Below, piece by piece: positions 1 to 9,031 of a stretch of 29,658 bases of DNA. This DNA comes from Octopus sinensis (taxonomy: Eukaryota), in assembly GCF_006345805.1 (NCBI RefSeq), contig NW_021832694.1:1-29658 (forward strand), written 5' to 3'. Positions within the stretch are counted from its first letter, which is position 1; each line of letters opens with the position of its first letter. A program made the translations under genes and the position numbers. The notes under the pieces are model-generated. The model worked only from the letters and a program-made list of their open reading frames with translations, was not told where the DNA came from and searched no databases.

Positions 1-60
1 ATATGCATACATATGAACTTGTCACAACCATACGCATTTGTATAACATACACACACACAC

Positions 61-105
<45 letters not shown>

Positions 106-158
106 TATATATTAATATATAACATACATTTACGTAAAAATACATATAAACAGGATAC

Positions 159-209
<51 letters not shown>

Positions 210-534
210 TGCAAATATGTATGTGTGGAGTTGATACGAGGTTTATTTATTAAATAAAATGAGGACAAGTAGGAGGTACTATATCGAGGCGAAGAGCAAG
301 GCTGGTTGCTGTATATATATATATGTGTGTGTGTGTGTGTAGTGGTGGTTGTGGTGGCGGTGGTGGTGGTGGTGGTAGTGGTGGTGGTGGTAGTGGTAGA
401 GATGAGCTGGTTTTTATTCGATTATCGACATTATTCCGTATATGTTTATTTTATCTTTTTCCGCTCTTGTTTTCATCTTCGCCATTTCTCGGCGACATTC
501 GTGCATCCATATCTAATAACACACACACACACAT

Positions 535-588
<54 letters not shown>

Positions 589-783
589 CCCTTATTTGTA
601 TGGATCTTCGGCATGTGATTGGAATATGTATCTAAGTGTAAGGTGGTATATAGGTTCGTTGTCTCTTTTATATTAAACCTGTCGCATCATGCATTCCAAA
701 TTTCTCCATTTCTCCCCCCATACACACATACATACACACACACATACATACACACATGCATACATACATACATATATATATAT

Positions 784-845
<62 letters not shown>

Positions 846-1028
846 GCGTTTGCATTGAATCTTTATTTTCGTTCTGTTGTTGTTGCTATATTTGTTGTTG
901 TTGTTGTCGAGGTTCATCTAGCGAACTAAACTAGACCACAAAACTAATTAAATATCTACAAATGTGATCAGCTATGGGAAGACTTCTCGATATATCTTAT
1001 AATTTTGTTGTTGTTGTTGTTATTGTTA

Positions 1029-1084
<56 letters not shown>

Positions 1085-1095
1085 TATTATTATTT
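1..1095. repeat. Cluster of simple repeats (TA, CA, CATA, GGT, TTG, TTA) separated by short unique spacers
   Basis: Seen directly: (TA)n 60-120, (GGT)n 340-395, (CA)n 520-587, (TA)n 775-843, (TTA)n 1020-1095. Confidence 0.95.
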
Positions 1096-1100
1096 TGATA

Positions 1101-1692
1101 GGCAGCAAGCTGGGAGAATCGTTAGCACGCTGGACGGAAAGCTTTGCGATATATCGCCCATCGCTACGTGCTGAGTTCAAATTCCGCCGAGGTCGACATT
1201 GCTTTCATCATTTCGGGGTCGATAAATTAAGTACCAGTTGCGTACTTAGGTCGGTCTAAACGACTGCACCCCCCGCCCCGCCACCAAATTTCAGGCCTTA
1301 TGCCTAGAGTAGAAAAGATTATTATTATTATTATTACTATTATTGATAGCCGGTGAGCTGGGAGAATCATTAGCACGTTGGGCGGAAAGCTTTGCGATGT
1401 TTCGCCCGTCGCTACGTTCTGAGTTCAAATTTCGCCGAGGTCGACTTTGCCTTTTATTCTTTCAGGGTCGATGAGTTGAGTACTAGTGAAACACTGAGAT
1501 CAATGTAATCGACAAATCCCCTCCCTCACAATTTTATTCTTAACGGCATTTCGTCCGTCTTCACATACGAAGATCAAATTCTGCCGAGGTCGACTTTGCC
1601 GTTCATCCTTTCGGAGTCGATAAAATAAGGTCAATGTGATCGACTAGTCCCGTCCCCACAAATTGCTGGCCTTGTGCCAAAATTCGAAATCA
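1101..1692 (+). mobile_element. Three consecutive tRNA-derived SINE family A copies (1101-1320, about 1348-1535, 5'-truncated about 1545-1692)
   Basis: Shared GAGCTGG..GAATC.TTAGCACG head, B-box-like GAGTTCAAATTCC and body GTCGACTTTGCC.TTCATCCTTTCGGGGTCGATAAA, repeated more than 12 times in the window. Confidence 0.85.
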
Positions 1693-1694
1693 GT

Positions 1695-2110
1695 ATATAA
1701 TAACTTAGTATTTACTATTAAGTAACGCTTGAGTAGTAAAGACTAATTCTTTAGCTGTACCTATTGTTTACAAACAGTATCCTTCCTTTTTAAAAAAAAG
1801 TAATAACCCACTTTTTACAGAGTAATAACAAACATTTTAGTACTAATAACGAACACTTTAACAATATATTACCAATAATAGGACCCTTTTTAAACAGTAA
1901 TAACTAACTTTTTAGCCGTAAGAATAAACTGTTTAAAAGTAATAACCAACACTTTTACAATAATAACTAATTCTTTGTCAGCAATAACTCTTTAACTGTA
2001 AAAACAAACGCTTTATCATGATTACTGACTCCTTAACAGTAATAACCGACATTCAGCAGTAATGACTAACATTTTCGTTGTAATAACTGATTCTTCAGTG
2101 TTTAGCAGTA
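1695..2110 (+). repeat. Degenerate minisatellite, unit about 21 bp (approx. ACAGTAATAACTAACTCTTTA)
   Basis: Recurrent (G/A)TAATAAC core roughly every 20-25 bp. Confidence 0.7.
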
Positions 2111-2134
2111 TTTCGTCTTTTAAAGAAGGGGGTG

Positions 2135-2225
2135 AGCTGGCATTTGAACTCGGAACGTAAAAACAGACGAAATACCGCTAAACATTTCACTCGGCGTGCT
2201 AACGTTTGTGCTAGCTCGCCGGCAG
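2135..2225 (-). mobile_element. SINE family A head fragment
   Basis: Reverse complement of the family A head (TTTGAACTCGGAACGTAA...CGTGCTAACG...AGCTCGCC). Confidence 0.75.
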
Positions 2226-2247
2226 TTTAAGCTCATGTCTAAAACAG

Positions 2248-2408
2248 AAATGAGTTGTACCTGCAATTCATTAGGGCAGACCATGTCACCTTCTGTGTCA
2301 CGCCGTGTCCATGGAGTACTCAACCACTTGCACGTTAATTTCATGAGTCGGCAGTTCCGTGGATCGGATCAACTTGAACCCACGTCGTCATATTCGACGG
2401 CGTGCCAG
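2248..2408 (+). mobile_element. SINE family C 3' fragment
   Basis: CCACTTGCACGTTAATTTCA.GAG...GATCGGATCAAC matches the copies at 18094-18410 and 22946-23245. Confidence 0.7.
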
Positions 2409-2417
2409 ATAGATCAA

Positions 2418-2483
<66 letters not shown>

Positions 2484-2484
2484 C

Positions 2485-2534
<50 letters not shown>

Positions 2535-2640
2535 GTCTATCTATCTATCTGTCTATCTATCTTGTTGTCTATTTATCTATATATCTAACTGCTTGTCTGT
2601 CTGTCTATCTGTCTGTCTGTCTGTCAATCCGTTCGTCTGT
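2409..2640. repeat. (ATCT)n/(GTCT)n microsatellite
   Basis: Seen directly. Confidence 0.95.
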
Positions 2641-2694
2641 GTGTTTAACTGGTTACTGCCTGTTTATTCGCTCGTCCCTCTACCTATCTACTTA

Positions 2695-3626
2695 TCTATA
2701 ATAACTGGCAAGTTTGTGCGTTTGTGAATTTTTTTACTTTAACTTCTCCGAGACTATCCAACAGACCTTGATAAAACTTGACACGTGTGAGGTGCTTATG
2801 CCGCTGCAGTCAATCACGCACTTCGAATTTTAAAAACATTGATTTTTAATCAGCATCGATTTTTCAAAAATCGTAAAATTTCGGCATTTTTCGTACTAAC
2901 CATCGTGAAATTAATTTGACGAAAAATTCCGAAATTTGATGAAAAATGCTTCATGGGTATAAACACACAGCTTATTAACGGTAGTCTATTTAGCATTTGC
3001 TAATTCTTCATTTCAATGCGAAGTGTTATTATTTGCTAAAACTTATTATTTCAATTCGTTGTTGTAATTCCCCCAGCGTTTCAGGTGAAGATCATTTTAT
3101 TTCTCAAGCAAAATTTAGGCATTTTGTGCACTAGCCGTCGTGACATCCATTTGACAAAATATAAAGGCGGCGAGCTGGCAGAAACGTTAGCACGCCGGGC
3201 GAAATGCGTAGCCGTATTTCATCTGTCGTTACGTTCTGAGTTCAGATTCCGCCGAGGTCGACTTTGCCTTTCATCCTTTCGGGGTCGATAAATAAAGTAC
3301 CAGTTTCCCACTGGGGTCAATGTAATCGACTTAATCCCTTTGTCTGTTCTTGTTTGTCCCCTCTATGTTTATCCCCTTGTGGGCAGTAAAGAAATACGTT
3401 TGACAAAATATGCCCTGTAGCGTATAATTTCGCCATTTTACGCACAAGCATAAAAATGACGACGACAGGGGTTCGCTACCAGACTGCTCATTTTTTCGTC
3501 ATATTTGTCCTACCCATTGATATAGATTTTAAATTTTTGAAAAATGTCGAAATTTGACGAGAAATGTTTTACGGCTATAAACAGACATCTTATTAACAGT
3601 AATTTTTTACCGGGTGCTTCAGCTCG
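2695..3626 (+). mobile_element. Non-autonomous Helitron-like element (Lep1-like layout), interrupted by a SINE
   Basis: Starts A|TCTATAATAAC, then GTTTGTGCGTTTGTG...CTCCGAGACTATCCAACAGACCTTGATAAAACTTGACAC. Ends CCGGGTGCTTCAGCTCG|T; the same terminus with intact CTAG|T is at 29438-29484. Internal direct repeat 2931-2985 vs 3550-3603. Family assignment rests on remembered terminal motifs. Confidence 0.6.
3163..3398 (+). mobile_element. Full-length SINE family A copy with 13-bp target-site duplication
   Basis: TSD TTTGACAAAATAT at 3150-3162 and 3399-3411; intact head, B-box and tail. Confidence 0.92.
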
Positions 3627-3633
3627 TCACCAT

Positions 3634-3752
3634 ATACATACATACGTACATACATACATACATACATACATACATACATGCATACATACATACATACATA
3701 CATACATACATACATACATACATACATGTATATGTTTATGTAGATGTGTGTG
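3634..3752. repeat. (CATA)n microsatellite
   Basis: Seen directly. Confidence 0.95.
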
Positions 3753-3893
3753 ATACTGTAATATCATTTTTAATAAAACAGATAGAATATGGATGATAAA
3801 TCAAATTAATACACATGACAATGTTATCTGGCAGTTGTCTTTTGAGATGTGACATCGATCATCGTTTGTTACTGAAAGGATGCTGGTTCAAAC

Positions 3894-4095
3894 AAACATT
3901 CACATACTCCTCTTGTATATGCACACACATACACATATACTCACACAGAGTTGAAATGCTGTTTGATTTTTTTTCAGTGTTGAATGTTCACCATCCCACT
4001 TCCATTGCATACATAAACATTCACATACCTCCCTTTTACACTCGCATATACTCATACAGAGATGAAACGCCGCTTGATTTTTTTTCCGCCGTAGA
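3894..4095 (+). repeat. Two diverged tandem units, period about 121 bp, upstream of the Penelope RT fragment
   Basis: AAACATTCACATAC...ATATACTCA.ACAGAG.TGAAA.GC.G.TTGATTTTTTT occurs from 3894 and from 4015. Confidence 0.6.
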
Positions 4096-4217
4096 CTTTC
4101 CATCATTCCACTACCAGTTTGTCATCACCTCTTCCTTCCTTATTCATCTCTCACCCCTTCCTTTTCCATTTACTTGTTGTGACAGAGGAAAACACAAGAG
4201 TATTATTATAGTAATAC

Positions 4218-4383
4218 AGTCCATTAGCAGGAAAGTCAACATCGTACGTGAAGAATTCCACCCACTTCACAGAATTGATCAAGGATACCCCCCACTGAAT
4301 CCAACCAGATGGTGAGTCTAGATGTGCTAAGTCTGTTCACCAAAGTCCCAACTGGTGAAGCACTATCGGTGATTCAAGAAAAA
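4218..4383 (+). pseudogene. Penelope-like element reverse transcriptase fragment (frameshifted)
   Basis: Manual translation SPLAGKSTSYVKNSTHFTELIKDTP/TESNQMVSLDVLSLFTKVPTGEALSVIQEK, with one frameshift in the C-run near 4290. Matches the Penelope RT pattern (..KNS..F...MVS.DV.SLFT.VP..EAL..I). Confidence 0.85.
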
Positions 4384-4414
4384 AAGCCCTAAAATTCACT
4401 CCATAATTGCCCAC

Positions 4415-4624
4415 GGGCATATGGCGTGGTGGTTAAGAGCGCGGGCTACTAACCCCATGACCTGAATAACAACAACAACAACATCGAAAAATACCTTGGG
4501 AATGAGAACTCAGGTTCGAAATTTCCCCAAGACACCTGATGAAGGCTGGAGGGTATATCAGCCGAAACATCGTGTTAAAGACAAACTAGATGAGGACAAA
4601 TATCCGTCAAATGTAAATAATGTA
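4415..4624 (+). mobile_element. tRNA-headed SINE-like element (family E) carrying a hammerhead motif
   Basis: Head GGGCATATGGCGTGGTGGTTAAGAGCGCGGGCTACTAACCCCA has an A-box and an anticodon-arm-like hairpin; T-arm/B-box absent in this copy. Followed by (AAC)n and a hammerhead fold at 4531-4576. Confidence 0.65.
4531..4576 (+). ncRNA. Minimal type I hammerhead ribozyme motif (probably decayed)
   Basis: GACAC-CUGAUGA-A-GGCUG(gaggguauau)CAGCC-GAAAC-AUC-GUGUU: 5-bp stem I (one G-U), complete core, 5-bp stem II. Stem III palindrome is ACAU instead of ACGU. Confidence 0.75.
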
Positions 4625-4913
4625 TTATCATAGTAGATTATATAATAGCAGGAAAAATAGAAAGCCTGGGGATGAAAGAGGGAGACAGAGATTAAGCGTT
4701 AATATAGAATTGTAGCAGAAAGAATAATTTGAAGAAACTTTAGCTTTTCTAGAAACAACAGTTACTCAGTTACTAGTGTAGATTATCAGTATGAGTAAGT
4801 GGACAATCAAATAAACATTCGTATGAAAATTGAGGTACGTAATATTGTTCACGTTGGATAAGTTTGGCAGTCGCATTACTGACAGAAATGATACGCTCTA
4901 ATATTATGTATGT

Positions 4914-5362
4914 AAGACGGTGAGCTGGCAGAATCGTTAGCACGCCGAGCACAATGCTTAGCGGCATTTCGTCCGTCTTTGCGCTCTGAGTTCAAATTCC
5001 GCCGAGGTTGACTTTGACTTTCATCCTTTCGGGGGTCGATAAACAAACAGTATCAGTTGAGCCCTGAGCTCGATGTAATCAACTAGCCCCCACCCCCACC
5101 AAATTTCAAACCATGTGCCTATATTAGAAAAGAATATTATATGAGTAAGGCAGCGAGCTGACAGAATCGTTAGCACGCCGGACAAAATGCTTAGAGGCAT
5201 TTCTTTCGTCTTTACGTTCTGAGTTCAAATTCCACCAAAGTCGACTTTGACTTTTGTCCTTTCTGGATCGATAAAGTAGGTACCAGTTGAACACTAGGGT
5301 CAATGTAATCTACTCCCCCCACCCGAAATTACTGGCCTTTTACCAACATTTGAAATCAATAT
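4914..5362 (+). mobile_element. Two tandem SINE family A copies (about 4914-5135 and 5146-5362)
   Basis: Two full family A head/body/tail units. Confidence 0.85.
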
Positions 5363-5489
5363 TATGTATGTGAGTATATGTGTACGTGCTCCTCTCTCTC
5401 TCTCTCCCTCCGTCTCTCTCTCCTCTCTCTCTCTCTTTCACTATTTCTCTCTTTCTCCCTCTCTCTCGCTCGTCCTGTTTGTCTGTGTG

Positions 5490-5880
5490 GTCGCGGCGGG
5501 GAGTTATAAAGACAAGTCTTGAATCGTCTGGCCTATCATACCACGTATCACAAACGCCATTAAAGTTTTTCCTTTTGCGAAGCTATTTCGAAAGAACTGC
5601 TGGGAACGTTGATAGAAACGAAGATGGCGGAGGAGGAAAAGGAGGCGGCGCTAAAGTGGGGATGGTGTTGGGAGGGCGCCGGAGGTGGGTTGGTGCTTAG
5701 GTGAAGTTAATGAGGAATATATCGCTGGTGAAAGACGGAGATAAATTCAAGAACAGAGACAAGAGGAAATGAGGTCACGTTAATGAAAATGGCCGCTGAT
5801 AACTGCATTAATGATGCAAGTGACATTTGCAACAACAACAATAGCAACAGCTGTATTAGCAACAATGCGGAGATAAGGAC
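5490..5880. promoter_or_regulatory. Non-repetitive, relatively GC/CpG-rich island; possible cis-regulatory region
   Basis: TATAAA 5505-5510; YY1-type AAGATGGCGG 5621-5630 and AAAATGGCCGC 5786-5796; several TAAT/ATTA homeodomain cores. Motif content only. Confidence 0.25.
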
Positions 5881-5904
5881 TACTTAATTTTGACTCTTAC
5901 ATTC

Positions 5905-5929
5905 ATCAAATTCTATCTATCGACCTATG

Positions 5930-5999
<70 letters not shown>

Positions 6000-6081
6000 A
6001 ATCAATCTATCTATCTATCTATCTATCTATCTCTCTATCTATATATCTATCTATCTATCTCCCTGTTTGTCTGTCTGATGG

Positions 6082-6135
<54 letters not shown>

Positions 6136-6420
6136 ACAACACACACACACACGCACATAAAAGATGTACGCATATGTATTGATGTAAGTACGTATACATG
6201 GCAATACACCCCTTCACTCACTCACTCTCTCTTTCTTTCTCACTATCTTTCTCTATCTCTCTTTCTTTTCCTCTCTCTTTCGTTCTTTCTTTCTCTTTCT
6301 CTTCCTCTCTCTTTCTTTCTTTCTCTCTCTCTCCCTCTCTCTCCCTCTCTCTCTCTTTCACTCACGCACGTTCATATCATACACACGTACATACATCTTT
6401 CACTTTCTCCTCTCTTTCAC
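5905..6420. repeat. (ATCT)n, (CA)n and (CT)-rich simple repeats
   Basis: Seen directly. Confidence 0.9.
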
Positions 6421-6692
6421 TTTAAAACAAAAGTAAATATTGAAAATAATTAAAGAAAAACAATAAAATATTGTCTGTTTAAAGAAAGCTAAAATATAAA
6501 TACTTACTGTACAAACAACTTACATTTTCCGAAACCACATTCAATTAAAAATATTTCTAAATGATTAAAATATTTTGTACGCCAAAAAGATACTCATGCA
6601 TTTATATATATATATATATATATATATATGTTTATATAGCACCAGGTGGTGCTATATATATATATATATATATATATAGCACCAGGTGGTGC

Positions 6693-6918
6693 TATTAAGT
6701 TAGACATGGCCTGGGCCAATAATGGCCGAAACCTATCAAAGTATCCCTTCTTTCTGTGTTTTTTTTTCTCTCTCTGTATCTTTCTGTTGAAGAGCGTAGG
6801 CTCGAAACGTTAAAGACTTGTTTTATTTATATTTCCTGAGCGCCATACTAATACAATTGTTTGTTTGTTTTCCACCTGCCTTCGTCTTTTGTCTATTTTC
6901 ATAAAGCTTCCCGTTATA
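6693..6918 (+). mobile_element. Non-autonomous element (family F, probable Penelope-like 3' derivative) with hammerhead-like motif, within (TA)n
   Basis: About 6785-6918 is homologous to 29029-29160 (minus); both end ...AAAGCTTCCCGTTA|TATA. Confidence 0.7.
6779..6816 (+). ncRNA. Minimal hammerhead-like motif with variant core CUGUUGA
   Basis: UCUUU-CUGUUGA-A-GAGC(guag)GCUC-GAAAC-GUU-AAAGA: perfect 5-bp stem I, 4-bp stem II, palindromic ACGU stem III; A6 replaced by U. Confidence 0.6.
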
Positions 6919-6935
6919 TACACATATATATATAT

Positions 6936-7388
6936 AAGACAACAAAAGAATGTAAGAGACCTCGATATAATGTAAATAGAGGAATTTATCTGTAAATGTA
7001 ATATGTGACAATTATTCGGTAGCCATGATAAAACTCAGAGTTTCGGATGCCGAGGTGGAAATCCACGCTGCCATCTCTTCGGTTATCCGGCCATCGGAAA
7101 AATACTATGAAAAATGACCGTTATACGAAGGGAAATTACTGTGTGATTGACCGCTATAAAGACAAAAGAGCTATTTGAATGACCGCTAAGTGAGGAGAGG
7201 GAGTAAAAGCGAAGGAATTTTCACCGAAGACGTGTCTCGCCATGACCTTCGGAACGCGGAGTAGATGAAACAGAGGCGACTGAAGAAGGGGAATTTACCT
7301 TGTGTTCTATGTCCTGTACTCTATTTTTTCGTTGTTTAAGAAAAATGTCCATTTCCTTGGTTTTGTGTTTATGTTTTCGTTTCTCATT
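6936..7388 (-). mobile_element. (TA)n-flanked repeat element (family G) carrying a hammerhead motif
   Basis: Bounded by TA tracts on both sides; hammerhead fold at 7020-7093. Single copy in the window, so repeat status is inferred. Confidence 0.45.
7020..7093 (-). ncRNA. Type I hammerhead ribozyme motif with extended stems I and II
   Basis: Minus strand: UGGCC-G-GAUAA-CCGAAGA-GAUG..GUGG(auuu)CCAC..CAUC-C-GAAA-CUC(u)GAG-UU-UUAUC-AU-GGCUA. Stem I 5+5 bp with bulge; palindromic stem III ACUC-U-GAGU; U4C variant; GUU site. Confidence 0.65.
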
Positions 7389-7610
7389 ATATATATATAA
7401 TACATATAATATATAATATATATACATACCCAGGACCACGAAGATAGCTTAGGATTTCTCGGTTTTCTTTGAATCGATTTTGATAAAATTTTTCGAATCT
7501 GGTTTGTACACTATGCCAATTCCATTGTTGTGTAACGTTCTTTTTTTTATATTTTAGATTGTTTATTTTGGTGTGAGCCACTCTAATTGCGTCTCTCCGC
7601 TCTAAGAACA

Positions 7611-8621
7611 ATGGGACGTGGAAAAGGCCTTAACTTAACGATGAAGAAGAGTGTCATCATGAAGTGAAGTGCTAAAGACACTTCTCTTCGTGTTATTGCA
7701 GAGAAGTTAGGTCGTCATGTGGACACGGTTAGACGATTCCTGAAGGACCCTTCGCCAAGGAAGAAACGATCCGATTATGGGATGTCAAAGACCGTGGCAG
7801 CTAGGGATTTAAGGAATATTGGCCGCAAGTTATGTGGGAAACCCGGACAAACAAGTAAAGCCATTTTCACCGCCCCAGGACTTCCTCATGTACCGAAAAC
7901 CACCAGAAATCGCATCCTCGGGATTATGGCTTCCGTGCGAGAACCCCAGAAACTGCTTCCTTTAATGCCCCGTCACAGGAATTTGAGGCTTCAATGAGCT
8001 AAAAAGTACATGATGTTAAACATGAGTTGTGTTCTGTTCACTGACGAAACCAGGGCGACCCTTGACGGACCTGACGGTTGGGCAAATGTTTGGGTCTATT
8101 TTGGAGATGAGTGCCACCAACGTTTACGATGTCAACAACAGGGCGGGAGCGTCATGTTATGGGCTGGAGTCATTAGGGACATACTTGTTGGCCCAATCAG
8201 GGTGCTTGAAGAGGTTAAAATGACCGCAGCCGCCTACTGCAATTTCCTGTCTTGGCTCCCTGGCTAGTTGACATGCCGCTGCCACTTCTAAGGAATCTAG
8301 TATTCATGCATGACAACGCTCCCTCCCACTCTGCTAGGACCACCCAAACATAACGAGGGGTCTTACGACATATAAGGTGAAAGGTTGATGGTGTCACTAC
8401 CAGCATCTCCGGATCTCAACCCTATCGAAAGTCTTTGGTCCATCATTTAACAAGATGTATTCGCCAATGGGCGCCAGTTTACATCGAAATATATTTCATG
8501 AGCGACCATCAAATCTGCAGCAAAGGCAGTCCAGCCTGCTACTAGTAAGAAATTGACAGATTCCATGACTAATAGGGTTTTTGAAGTTATCCATCGAAAT
8601 GGCGCACATGTGGTTAAATAA
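7611..8621 (+). pseudogene. Tc1-like transposase pseudogene, DD37E (TRT-like) spacing
   Basis: MGRGKG...LGRHVDTVRRFLKD...VLFTDETRATLDGPDGW...FMHDNAPSH...SPDLNPIESLW...FEVIHRNGAHVVK*. About 337 codons with several stops and frameshifts. 112 nt lie between the second D and the E (37 codons + 1 nt). Confidence 0.9.
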
Positions 8622-8811
8622 TTCATTATGTCAATAAATGTTATATTATTATTATGGTTTTCTGCTAAATATATACTCAATGTATGCTTAATATGTATCA
8701 TTACCCTTTATTTTCCGAAAAAAAAAATGTCTAGGGCCATTTTTATTCGGAAGCTATTAGCGTGGTTCACTAAAAAACTGAAGAATCTGAAATAAAAGAA
8801 AGGGCGTTACA

Positions 8812-8951
8812 CAGAATAATCCTTTCTATTGGAAGCACAAGGCCTAAAATTTGGGTAAGGGATTAAGTCGATTACATCGACCCCAGTGCATAGCTAGTAC
8901 TTATTTAATCGACCCCGAAAGGATGAAAGGCAAAGTCGACCCCAGCGGCAT
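8812..8951 (-). mobile_element. 5'-truncated SINE family A inserted in the Tc1 right TIR
   Basis: Family A tail and body on the minus strand; TIR sequence is continuous on either side. Confidence 0.8.
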
Positions 8952-9031
8952 TAATATTGGTGTTGCCATAGTGTGCAAACTAACTGCGAAAAGTTTTATC
9001 AAAATCGATTCACAGAAAACCGAGAAATCCT

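Larger units (their letters stand above)
7425..9031 (+). mobile_element. Tc1-family DNA transposon, decayed, long TIRs (about 7425-7590 and 8755-9031; right TIR interrupted by a SINE and end-truncated)
   Basis: AGGATTTCTCGGTTTTCTTTGAATCGATTTTGATAAAA (7451) is inverted at about 8994-9031; TIR similarity continues across the SINE at 8812-8951; TA immediately left of 7425. Confidence 0.9.

Noticed and set aside
306-1259. ORFs with poly-V, poly-G, TH, IY, poly-L and poly-Y runs
   Set aside because: Translations of microsatellites; all frames are open for compositional reasons
4415-4460. Genuine tRNA genes (also at 15560-15646, 22946-23010, 23942-24010)
   Set aside because: Cloverleafs are incomplete or continue into SINE bodies; no poly-T terminator at the tRNA 3' position
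4753-4794. 42-nt plus-strand candidate exon (TTTTCTAG / GTAAGT; NNSYSVTSVDYQY)
   Set aside because: Good splice sites but no homology or compatible neighbouring exon; expected by chance in 30 kb
6524-6556. Two 33-nt minus-strand candidate exons with AG/GTAAGT ends (6524-6556 and 16525-16557), plus a 77-nt one at 16454-16530
   Set aside because: Joining the two 33-nt candidates gives a stop in every frame, the 77-nt one has stops in all frames, and the peptides are unrecognisable
6706-6740. GGCCA(ataa)TGGCC-GAAAC hairpin resembling a hammerhead stem II
   Set aside because: No CUGANGA core, and no stem I or stem III pairing visible
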